A DNA stretch of 62,126 bases, filler included, from Sphacelaria rigidula (Eukaryota), in assembly GCA_964200075.2 (NCBI GenBank). It is 4 parts of 4 records of this genome, joined end to end, with 100 filler letters (N's around TTAATTAATTAA, not from the genome) between each part and the next. Parts side by side here need not be neighbours in the genome. Positions count along the whole stretch, not along the records: positions 1 to 15,459 come from CAXNAA020001736.1; positions 15,560 to 31,017 come from CAXNAA020001737.1; 2 more parts are not named here. One strand, 5' to 3'. Made by a program: the position numbers and the translations under genes. Of the stretch, positions 13,071-24,034 are shown piece by piece (the first letter of the stretch is position 1; every line of letters starts with the position of its first letter). Under the pieces are notes generated by a model. It was not told where the DNA came from, did no database searches, and worked only from the letters and a program-made list of their open reading frames with translations.

Positions 13071-14281
13071 TCAAAATGATCCGTGCAACACCCCGAGAAA
13101 CATTTCGCTCAAAAAAGGCAACTCTGCCGTAGCATCACTCTTCCGCACTTTTGGTCCTCGCGCGAAGCTTTTTTACGGTGACACCTTCGGTCATTCATCT
13201 GATCTCCGACATCACGCGCCCCCGGTCTGCCGCCCCCCCCCCCCCCCCGAGTGCCCCGCCGCCACCGATAACACCCTACAAATTCCACAAGCCACGCAGC
13301 GCCGGTCCCAGAGACCCGTACGCAACGCTCCGCCACAACTACCGCTACGTGCAGTACGCGCCGAGTACAATCTTTGCTGCGCTCTGCTACAACACCGCCG
13401 CCAGTAACGGCGCCACCAACATCTACCGCCCCCTAGCATGGAGTCAACGACTCGGCTCCTGCTCCCGGGGCAGATATTGACGTCGGCATTTCTGCCTCGT
13501 CGCCAATTCCCCCACTGCCTACCCCACCATGTTTGGTCGGCTCTCCAGCGAAAGGTCAACTGCGCGAGTTTCTCGCCAGCTACTCTTACAGCGGTTGGGC
13601 TCGCGAACGAAACGCGAAACGTTCATGTCGCGCAGCCATCCGGTACTTACAGCTTGAGTGTTGTAGAGAAAGTAGAGTAGCACCTCTGGCATAAGGAGTA
13701 TAGTAGCAGGTGGATATCAGGTTGGATCTTCTGACAATGGGTTGGAGGATGATATTTGGATGCGAAACATCTTGTCTTTGCAAGGAGAGCAAAACAGGGG
13801 ATCACTTCTGGTTCAACGAAGACAGCTGCTTGTGTGACTGCTTGAGTCTTGAAGGCTCTGGAGCTCTTGATAGGGAGGAAGTCTCTGGAGCAGCACTGTG
13901 ACGTTGTACTGATTTCAGACAAGTCTGCAATAAATGTTTATACAGAAAACTTGTCGGTTTCTGGATTGGGTTGATTTGAAGCCGCACCCCACGGTCTGTA
14001 AAACCCGGGGACGCTCGCGTTGAATACCAGGGAGGAAGGAAGCGGCGAAGAGAGAGGCGTAGGCCACAAAAATCCAAGTCGACTGCGGTGACAGGGGGCT
14101 GTTGGAAGGATGGAATCACGAAGGGGAGGTAGCACCAGCGAGAAGGTTGATGAGGCGAAGTTTGGAGTAAGCGAGTTGACTCTGGGCGGATCGTTGAAAG
14201 TGCCCAAATATGGACGAGTGTTCAGTTAACAAGCCTCCAGATGCTTTTATTGAAAGTATCGAGGTTACGAGGAGGCGGTGG

Positions 14282-14354
14282 GGGGGGCGAACTCATTTGT
14301 TGCTTGCCTTAGTCATTTGACCATTGACCACGCATCCCTTTCGGGACGGAGCAT
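14282..14354 (-). mobile_element. Minimal copy of the 70-nt structured retro-motif with 12-bp TSD
   Basis: Flanked by AGGAGGCGGTGG at 14270-14281 and 14355-14366. C-run tail on the sense strand. Confidence 0.75.
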
Positions 14355-14399
14355 AGGAGGCGGTGGAAAGGAGTAATAAAGGTCGGACGATTAAGTGCG

Positions 14400-15190
14400 C
14401 GCACTGTTGAGCATGCAAGAGTTGGTGCCCAAGCACATTCAGAATTGCGTCTCTGGCACCATCTTTTGACGGACTGGCACTCGTCGCGTTAGACGAAGAC
14501 AAACTGCAGCAAGGAATTGCACACCACGCGAAATGCTGGACCGATATGGAAATCGATCCTTCCAAAGCTGCAGCAGGCGTGAAAAAGGCCCTTGCCACAT
14601 GGTATGAACCAACTGCAATAGGTCGAGTAGAAGGGAAACGGAGTTTATTACAAGAAGAGTACTTTGCGGGAAATGCGGGTGCGGAGTGCGTTTTCCTTGA
14701 ATCTGACCGTACGTTCAAGGCTGGTCCAGCACACATCATTACCAGAACTATACTCGCCGGGCTGACCCCACCTGACTTCAAGAATAAAGTTCAAACTATA
14801 TTATATATGAAAGGAGACTGGAAAGAGAGCCCGAGAATGGTGTACGAGGTAGCTCATGAATTGGCGGAAAACGGAAGACTGTGGAGGAGGTTGACAAACA
14901 ACGCCGCCAGCAACCGCAACTTGAGCAAACGAGCGGTTCACAAGGTTAAAAAAGACTGACATCGGCCGATGCGGCGGCTGCGACCGCCGCAGCGGGTAGT
15001 GGCGGTTCTACCTCGACAAAGCCTCACAAACCTGGTCCCGGCTACGCAGGCTGCTGTGAGTGTGGCAATAAGGTTCACAACAAGAAGGAGTGCAACAAAC
15101 AGAGCACACCTGCCGCCACGGTGAGTGAATCAGGTGGGCAAGAGACGTTGCCGTCGCCGCCGCAGCAGCAGTAGCAACAGGTCCATGGTA
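14400..15190 (+). pseudogene. Gag remnant with intact CCHC zinc knuckle
   Basis: ORF 14546-14959 is homologous to 680-1636 (EEYFAGN/EKYFSEN; GPAHIITRTILAGLTPPDFK/GPAAVVTKALAKGLVPETFK). CCECGNKVHNKKEC at 15052-15093. Confidence 0.7.
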
Positions 15191-15212
15191 AGCGCGCGGC
15201 GGGGGGGGCGAG

Positions 15213-15459
15213 GTGTACTCATTTGTTGCTTGCCTTAGTTGTTTGACCATTGACCACGCATCCCTTTCGGGACGGAGCACCGTTCCTACTCCCACTAGAG
15301 ACACCTTCAACATTCTGGCGCTCATGACGTTCCTTCCATCGCTCCTTACGTTTCTTCCATACATTACACAAAACCCGTTCACGTATCTTATCCCCGTCCT
15401 GTTTCGCCGTCTCTGGCCACCATCTATCTCCTAGTATAATCATCATTTCTTCCCTACTG
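15213..15459 (-). mobile_element. 3' end fragment of a probable non-LTR retrotransposon (same family as 1-243)
   Basis: Open frame ...ILGDRWWPETAKQDGD...GCVVNGQTTKASNK* runs through the 70-nt motif and is followed by a C-rich tail. Confidence 0.6.
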
Positions 15460-15559
15460 NNNNNNNNNNNNNNNNNNNNNNNNNNNNNNNNNNNNNNNNN
15501 NNNTTAATTAATTAANNNNNNNNNNNNNNNNNNNNNNNNNNNNNNNNNNNNNNNNNNNN
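15460..15559. other. Artificial contig spacer (N44-TTAATTAATTAA-N44)
   Basis: 100-bp N block containing a six-frame stop linker. Confidence 0.99.
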
Positions 15560-15922
15560 GCTTTTGCAAGACCGGTTGTTACCGACCTGGCACTATCGTA
15601 ATGATACTGGCGCCATGCTAAGGAGGGCGGTGTACGACGAACAGTTCTGTACTGGTACTGAATGACTAAAATGTACATGCAGTAAGTGGACTGTACGATG
15701 TTACCAGCAGACACGAAAATATTCTGATATTCTAAACGTGCGCAATGTGTGAGTTGCAGATGATCACGTACTTTCCCCGCGTTTGGGCAGACAGTCGTGT
15801 TAATACCACGCGTATACGTATCTACATATCGCAATTCATACGGCACTGCGACACAAGAAAGGGAGAGGTTGCAGAGGGGAATGTTATGGACGTGGTATTG
15901 CGACTATCCAACAAAGCCGGTC

Positions 15923-16006
15923 TCCCCGGTGGCTCAGATGATAACCTCGTAACCTTCTGACGGTTGGGTTGTGGGTTCAAATCCCGGAGGGATCTTGGAC
16001 TTTTTT
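15923..16006 (+). pseudogene. Degenerate tRNA-like Pol III unit (tRNA pseudogene or SINE head)
   Basis: A box TGGCTCAGATG, anticodon-like arm AACC-TTCTGAC-GGTT, B box GGTTCAAATCC and a downstream T-run. Acceptor and T stems pair poorly. Confidence 0.5.
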
Positions 16007-16039
16007 CTTACACCATGCCCACAGTGGAGAGCGACTATT

Positions 16040-16420
16040 TTGGCCGAAACATAACGTGAACGTTAATTTTTTTTCATGTGATGAACGTAACGTTAAATTT
16101 TCAAATGTAACGTTGTCGTAATGTGATTTTTTTGTACGCGACATACGTCACGAAACGTGAACGGAAATATTTTTCTTACGTGATGAACGTAACGTGAACG
16201 TGTACTTGTATAGCCAGGACTATACACTTTACACATGCCGTAGCGTTACACGTTACGTTCACGTTACGTGTTGGCTGAAACGTAACGTGAACGTTATTTT
16301 TTTTTACGTGATGAACGTAACGTGAACGTAACGTTAAATTTTCAAATATAACGTTAACGTAACGCTATTTTTACATGATGAACGTAACGTGAACGTGAAC
16401 GTGTAACGTGCATAGCCCTG
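16040..16420. mobile_element. ACGT-rich hAT-like MITE (16215-16420) with a partial tandem copy upstream
   Basis: TIRs CAGGACTATACAC / GTGCATAGCCCTG. Interior is built from AACGTAACGTGAACGT repeats in both orientations. Confidence 0.6.
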
Positions 16421-16713
16421 CAAAATTTGACTTCACGGCCGACGAGGGAAAGGGACTGCTGTACCCCTCTCGTGAAAAAATGAAGGCAAGCACCCAAGTT
16501 ACGTTCACCCCTTGCAAGACTCCTGGAATCTGCGGCACATTTCCAGCGCCGGTACCCTCAGCGCTTTGATCTTTACTTCTTGCTTATGCGGACATCTTCT
16601 CTACTTTCTTCGACTTACCCCTACCACCTACCGTTTCGGTACACCCGGCGCAGGCCGAAATGGCCGGCAAACACGTGCGGTCCAGTACAGCAACTACTAT
16701 TGCCATCATCCAG

Positions 16714-18795
16714 CGATCAGGGGGGTACCCCCCCCATGAAATTGGGTACCCCCCCTTTAACCCCAGAGTGAGGTTTGTGCGCCGAAAGAGGGGGTGTTGC
16801 ATGGATTTCCCGATATGGGCCCCCTCGCTCAAAGCAATATCTCATCGACATAGACGAGTTGGGCCATGATCCGCATATCGTCTAATCGTCTAATCAAGGG
16901 AAAAGGGCCCATCTGCTCAAAAATCTGGGCCAATTTTTCCCCGTTGATTAAACCCCATGTCTAGTAATTCCTATACCGTACGGAGATATCGTCCACACCA
17001 GAATCTTCATAAAACCCCGAACGATGCATTCATCGGATGATCACGATTTTTGGTGTGGACCCTTCTTGGAGTACGGGGAGACGATAGATACCCTCACCTT
17101 CACCTAATTCTTGATCTACCTCGAGATATGGCGCACATAAAATTCCATACTTACATAAATATATTTCGAGCAGAGGCACTGGATGCCCTAAATCTGGATA
17201 TCGCGTCTCAGTTTTTGAGAGTTGTGCTATGAAATTTGGTATGAAGAACCGCTGGTGGATTATGAAATTAAAAAAACATTTTTTTTTTCGTTTTTTCCCC
17301 ATTTTTTCCGTGTTTATAGGGGATTTTTGAGGAGAAATGAACATTGCTCTTGGGCCTTATCTCAATTTTTTAGCTCATTTTTTAGCTCAATTTCTAAAAT
17401 TGTGATTTGAAACTTAGCATGGAGAACGCCCGAACATCTCCCAGGAAAAAAATGGGCCATTTTTTTTTTGGGAGAGGTTAGGGCGTTCTCGTAAAAAAAA
17501 GGTCGTTACCATACTAGAACGCCCTAAACCAGTGAAGAATATAATGAACAAAAAATTGACCCACTGAGTTGTGTTAATGATGCCCCAGCGAGGGCCCTCA
17601 CAAAATTTCAACGCACAAAAACCAAACGTGGGCCGGTGAGTCGCCTGCGAAATACTGTTCCGAATTTCTACCGACCCGGTTTTTAAAAGGCGAATGCGCC
17701 GGCCAATATTTAGAATTGGAGCGTAAAATTTGGTATGGACAATGCATAGAGCATTAGAAAAAATAAAGGAACACCAGAAGATATATATATATATATATAT
17801 ATATTTTTTCGTGAGTTAAGGGCAATAATCAGTTTTCAGGTATCAGTAAAATGCCCCTACCTCAAGTTTTTTTTCTGGTCCTTCTTTAATTTTTTTCATC
17901 CCCGATGCATTAACCATGCAAAATTTTACGCTCCAACTCTAAATATTGGCCGGTGCATTCGCTTGCAAACTTCAAATCCGCCTTTAGGCTAGCCCAACTC
18001 GTAATATATCTCGAGATATGGCGCACATAAGTTTCCATAATAAAATCAGTATATTACGGACAAAGGCACTGAATTAACTAAACCTGGATATCGCGTCTCA
18101 GTTTTTGACTTGTGCTGTGAAATTTCGTATGGAGAACCGCTAGTGCATAATAAAACGTATGAGCACAGCTTTTTCAATTTTTTCGTTTTTTTTCTTCATT
18201 TTTTTCGGGGTTTTGGGGCAGTTTTGAGGAGAAATGTACACCGCTTTTGAGCCTCATCTCAACTTTTCAGCTAAATTATCAGAATTGTAATTTGAAACTC
18301 AGTGTAAAAAACCGAAGAGGTATGCTGAATGAAAAAAGAATGGGCCCGCAGTTTTTTTTTTCGGGAGAGGTTCGGGCGTTATGCCCTAGCCACGGGCCAC
18401 ACAAAGTTTCAATACCCAAACACCAAACGTGGGCCGGTAAGTGGCCTGCAAAATACTGTTCCGAATTTAGTCTGACACCGTCACTAAACGGCCCATCGTA
18501 CGGCCAGCATTTAGAGTTGGACCCTGAAATTTGGTATGGACAATGAATAGGGCATAATAAAAACAATTACCAGTGCACACAAGTATTTTTTTATTCATGA
18601 GTTAGGGCAAGAATCAGTTTTCAGGTATCAGTAAAATGCACCTAACTCATGAAAAAAAACCTTGTGTGCAATGGTGATTGTTTTTATTATGCCCTCTTTA
18701 TTGTGCATACCAAATTTCAGGGTCCAACTCTAAATATTGGCCGTACAATGCGCCTGCAAGCTACAAATCCGCTTCTCGGCTGGCCCAGCTCGTAC
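16714..18795. mobile_element. Non-autonomous element with two tandem units (~0.8-0.9 kb), each carrying a long palindrome
   Basis: CTCGAGATATGGCGCACATAA near 17120 and 18010. Units end CCCA(A/G)CTCGTA at 18003 and 18795. Fold-backs at 17690-17962 and 18498-18746. Confidence 0.7.
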
Positions 18796-18849
18796 GCAGT
18801 ATGATTTTTGAGAATGTAATCTATGGTATTCGTCATCGTCCAGGGTGTG

Positions 18850-20170
18850 AAATAAACAAGTAACCATTTCGCCGACAGTATCTCTGGGTTTACTCTGTTA
18901 GAGCTTGCTGAATACAAGCTGTATAACTTGCTCATGTCTGTCGGTGTCAGATGCCATTGCCCACCTGTTGATGCTTTTTGCATCCGGTGGGGGTTCACCG
19001 ATGTCTGTTGGGAACAAATCGACGCCGTGCTGTGGCCCACGTGATTTTGTGATCTGAGTTCGGCGAGTTGGGTAGTTGGAGGTGGAAGGTGACGTTTCGC
19101 ACAAGCCAGCAGTGAGCTTGCCGTGTCATGACTCCGATGACTCCTATGATGTACGAAGTAGTCAACACGTTTCTTGTCCGCGGGATCGCTCGCAGTACCA
19201 ACGACGTCCGCGGCTTGCCTTCGTAGGGAGTAAAGAGAGACGTGTTGACCCAGGTAAGCTTCTTGTTACCGGCAATTTTTAGCAGTGAAGTACCGTTGCT
19301 GTCGTTGGTCCCGAGTCCCTGCAGTAAAAGCCGCTGCTATTTTACGATCCTCCTCTTCATTTTTAATTGTCATGGTTCATAACACTTTCGTTGGGATAGG
19401 TAATTTGTTTTGTTTTCCAGTCCATACCTCCCTCCCCCCATTTCCCCCCCCATGTTTAGCTTGTCCTTTGTTTTCTCTCAGTTTAGTCCGTCCGTTTAAT
19501 CTTTCTTTGTCTTTTGCCCTGCTCGAGTTTCCCTGAGCGACTGTCTAGGTTCTGTTTACAATACCAATACCTAGGTAAATGGATCCTGTCGATCCTGTTG
19601 ATGTGACAACGGCATGCATCCCTCGAGGATCAGGATGAGGATCAATTGATGTGCGACAATCAATCACTCAGTATCACCTCTCCTTTCCTACCCCAGTCCA
19701 AGCGTTGGCATCTATGAAAACAAACAGGTAGCCGTTGTTGGGAGCTTGGTGCACCGTGCTGTCCAACTGAATTCATAGCCAGTCCTTTTCTTCTCTCGAC
19801 GTAAATGTGTCAGTGCGAGCACAGATGAAAATAAGCATGGCTACTTGATTTGTCTGCCAAGTTGAAGGTCATGAACACGAGGCTCGCTGTGACGTACGAC
19901 CGTGTCGACGAAGCCTCGGTGATCGACTCCTAAACCGCCAACCCGGCCCCACCTTGTCCAGACCTTCCCTTACACCCTTCCCGCCTGGCAGCAGAGGACG
20001 CGGTATCTCCCGTTCCCGGTGTGTGCTGTCCGGTCTGCCGGTCTCCCACACGCTGATGACATCACGACCTCTCGATTTTTATTTTTGCAACTACCTCAGA
20101 ATGGCAATTCCCGTTCTGCACCGTGAGGGCTTTTGACGAAGGTCGTAGGCCGTCACTCGGAGCTCCACTA
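18850..20170 (-). pseudogene. RTE-type LINE apurinic-like endonuclease domain, degenerate, interrupted at ~19330-19670
   Basis: Motifs in order on the minus strand: RVTAYDLR, DVISVWETGRP, GQGGAGLAV, EEKD...LFVFIDANAWTG, NGTSLLK...LTWVNT, RVDYF, MTRQAH..VRNV, NSDH. Confidence 0.8.
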
Positions 20171-22275
20171 TGTGGGATCTGGCTCTGGTTCTATGTACTT
20201 TTACACGCTCTCCTCTTCGTTCGGACCTCCGTTCTGGTCTTGCCCTCCTTGTAATCTGTTGCGTGAGCATTTCTCTCCGTTCGGATTATTCCTTCCTAAA
20301 ACTACATTCTATTCAGTTGGTTCTCATGGGAAGGGTGCAGCCATCCCAGCTCGCGTTGACGGCTAGCTTGAGCCCGCCAAATCTCGCAGTTAGTCACTCG
20401 TGTTTCATTCGCATTGGTGCGTTGTTAGGGTATATGTTCTTACTCTGGGTGGACTGCGCAGCTGCTGGGTGGAGCTTGGGTTCCAGCGTGAGGTAACAAT
20501 CCAAGGCCGTGAGATCAAACGTCGAGCCCACCACTGTCGACACAGCCCACCGTCTATCCTGCATGTGGCCATACACCCAATTGACAGCGCACAGAGAAGT
20601 CTGTATATTATTCCACTCTCGTCAATGCGGCTATGCGGTTTGTTTGCTGTTTGGGTTTGGTTTCCCCGATACAAGCATCCCCAGCTGGGCGGTGACCGAG
20701 GGTGAAGGAGAGGACTGTAGCTTGTGCATGAAAAATCACGATTTGGTTCAGTACATCTGGAAAATCGTTGTGAGTTTAGTAGGTGGTGTGTAGTGTTCTG
20801 TTTCGAAACCGATCCGAAAGCAACCGATCTGATTTTCGGTTGAAACGAGTGATTTTTATGTGGCATGTATGGTATTTATTTTCACTCGGTCCGGGTAACG
20901 AAACATAATGCATGCGTGGCGTGGCCATTAGATGTGACCAAGGCAATACCGCTCGCGCAACCATATATGTTCGTTTTCCTTCTTTCTCTTTCTTGAGCTT
21001 TTTTTAGCGCGTGTTACCGTTTTTATTCACCGTTTTTAGTCACCGTTTTTATTCACCGTGAGCACGTGTAAGTTGTGACCAAGGATGTATTCCCAGGGGG
21101 CCATATGATGTCAGATGATGTTACACGATGGGGGATAATATATCAGCCAGCAATTAACCATCTACTACCGTGGTACAGAAGATGACGGCAATTGCTACAC
21201 ATCCTTCGTTCGGTGTCGTGTTTATGAACCATACAACATGCCTTTTGTTCTGTGAGCACCGTATCATGCTGTCGGCATAGCAGGGCAAAACAACACATAC
21301 AAATCAAATGCGGTTGCGTTCATGAAAATACAATATATTCAAAACACGAGTTAGATTTGCGTGCGCTTTGCATTTGTGATTAGATCGATGGGAAACTCAA
21401 ACAGACCGCAGCTGCAAATTTGGGGCATTCCACTGTTTGAATCTCAACGCTAGCGCTAGCGCGTGTGTGGTGCTTCCTGGCCTGAACCGCTGATACACCA
21501 ATATCACTTATGTCATGATGCTGCTGTGAGCTGGAGTTATTGCCTAGAGGGCCCTGTAGGTGGAGGTTGGGTTGTCGATGCCGAGTCGATGGAAATTTGT
21601 TTTCCGACGAAGTGTTGGTTCTCCACCATGGCACTGCGGCTGGTTTTCCGGAAGAGAGTGAAGGGAAGAAGGGGCCTAGGAGCTTCTCACCCAAGAAAAT
21701 GAATAGTTGCACCTACTTTGCTGCGTAGAACTCAGCCCTTTGAGCGCCCGCGGCCTACTGAGAGGAATCTACGCCTACACTGTACGGCGTCTTCTTCCCT
21801 TTACGTGCGGAGCGCAAAAGTCGACCGAGATCGCCTTCCCTTCTCCAACTCTCAACGCCATGAGCTCCCGCTTGGGCAGCAGGGGCTTGTGACGGGGGCA
21901 AGTTCACGGCTGCGGTTCTGTACGCGTCGCGTCGAAGTGAATTTTTGTGCTCGTCCTTCTCATTTGACTGTGGCACATATGACACGTTCAACCCCAAGCA
22001 CGCCACGCGGTTCATATTTCACAAGAGCTGTGTGTTGACCACATGTATGTTCAATACTAGTGTTACTCTTGGCGAGATCGTGACTACGGCACTGTGCTGT
22101 TCATTTTTTTCTGTTCTGAGACGGCAATGTCGCTGGCTGCGGCATTTTCACGGATATCGATGACGCGAGGCATATGAGTGGCAACATATTTCTTCATGTA
22201 TGCAGGCGTTATCTCTCCACTAATAACTCCGATTCCGAATCCACGGCGAAGACGAGAGAAAATATTGGCCTACTT

Positions 22276-22582
22276 GCCGCCACGCCCCGGTGGTGTAATG
22301 GTCCGACTGTCGCCGTTTGGTTGAAGATAACGAGAATTCGATTCTCGATGCGTTGGATTTTTTCTTCGTAATGTATAGTTTCCACCGTGGAAAGCGTGAA
22401 AACGTGAGTAAACAAAGTCGTCGACTGAGTTTGTTTGACGTGAGTTGACGCGGTGCGGGAGTGCGGACCCAATCCGCGAGACCAAAGTGCAAGGCGTGTA
22501 CGGGGTGCGAGATGGGATGATCCCTTGAGACCACGGACTCATCCCGAGGAAGTGGAGGGGTTCAAAGTGCGACAAAAAAAAA
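22276..22582 (+). mobile_element. tRNA-derived SINE, copy 2
   Basis: Colinear with 2278-2583. A box TGGTGTAATGG, decayed B box, poly(A) tail. Confidence 0.85.
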
Positions 22583-22955
22583 CTGGCACGTAGGCGCCTA
22601 AAGAGATGAGGACACGTTTCGTTCTGAAATCCAAATTTCACTTGAATGCCTGCTATAATCGGGTGTCTCGTTTGCATCTAACGGTGCAGTACAGTTTAGT
22701 AGCAAGTTGTTCTTTAACGATATTATCGCGTATCAGAACTATCAAGAGGGTTATGAGCTCCACGTAGCACACGTCCTACAGTGGAATTCTCATAGAACCC
22801 GCCTCAACGGCAGTTGCCTTTTACAACTGTAAACACACACACTGCGAGCCTTGGCTCGACACGGTAACGGTCAAATTACAAACAGTCTGATATGAGCTTT
22901 TTTGTTCTTATCAAATTACAACCGTTCCAACATGAAGCTTTTGTTCTTATGTTCT

Positions 22956-24034
22956 TAGCCTGGAGGAAACATTTAGGGGAACAAAATAGCAGCGCATAGG
23001 CTATGTGTTGTTGGGCGGTCATCGTGTTTCTTCATGTTACGTGAACGGGGGTGTTAGACCCTGTAGTGCTTGAAACGAAACACATATGGACTCGTGGGTG
23101 AACCAATCAACACGTCAACTGGTCGGAAATATGCGGCCCGTTTCATTCAATTGTTCCCAGCTCACAATCAAAGACACTCATAAGCTTTGTTGTACTGACT
23201 GCAACATGGGTTTCCATTATTGTCAAGTTCCATCTTGAACATGGACGTTCGGCCTGGGATGTGTATGTAGGGCAAGGACATTCATCTAGGATATCCATTT
23301 TGGACATGGACGTCTTCATCAAGTATTTACCTGGCACCGCACGTTCATCTAGGTTGTCCAGCTGGAATTTCACTTTCATCCAGCGTGTTAATCTGGGATG
23401 TTCATCTCCTTGTATGCTGTACAATGTTTCATCGGCGCGCGCTAGCCAAAATGAATGCCTTGCCAGCATACCTCGTACTGTGCTATACTTTACCGGCGCA
23501 CGCTAAACAGGATGCGCAGTGTCGTCACCATCGCTCGAAGTTTTCGCGGATTTGCGCAAGGGTCAGGATTTCAGGTTGGGCTGGTCGACTGTTAGCGGGG
23601 AATTGGCACCAAGAAAAAGTGCCGACAGGCCTACCTGATCTCAAAATGCGACACGTTCCGGGTGGACGTTTACAACAGATGGTGTCGGGCAGATGTCCAT
23701 CTGGGACAACCCATGTCCATGATTCCCCGAAATGAAGGTCCCAGATGAATATTCCTGTCCCAGATAGATATGTCCCGAGTGCATAGTCGCCTGGGATATC
23801 TATAATACATATCTCAAATGAAGGTCCACCATCACGGATGGATATCTATACAGTCGGGGGGAATAGCCCAGATAAACGTCACAGCCTAGATGGGTATTCC
23901 AGATGTTTATCCATGTATATCCCGACCTGTAGATGGATGTGGGATCCCGGGTGGACGTCCCAGGCAGGTATTTATGTCCTTTCCCAGGTGGATACGTATA
24001 TCCCAGAGGAAGCTAGGACCATAACGCCAGGCTA
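22956..24034. mobile_element. Possible degenerate TIR element with subterminal repeats
   Basis: Short TIRs TAGCCTGG / CCAGGCTA. CATCT(G/A)GG-type repeats in the left part and CCCAGAT-type repeats in the right part. Confidence 0.35.

Noticed and set aside
13640..14260. Coding-like fragments here and at 21.5-22.0, 29.4-30.1, 30.4-30.9, 38.3-38.6 and 39.0-39.3 kb
   Set aside because: No recognisable motif and multiple stops; probably decayed TE sequence but unsupported.
1..15459. Inverted ~240-bp repeats at both ends of contig 1 as TIRs of a giant element (Maverick or virus-like)
   Set aside because: They are diverged copies of a dispersed retro-repeat also found elsewhere, where assemblies tend to break. 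The interior has no polymerase, capsid or integrase.
15923..15992. Functional tRNA-Gln(CTG)
   Set aside because: Acceptor and T stems pair poorly and the D loop lacks GG; treated as a pseudogene or SINE head.
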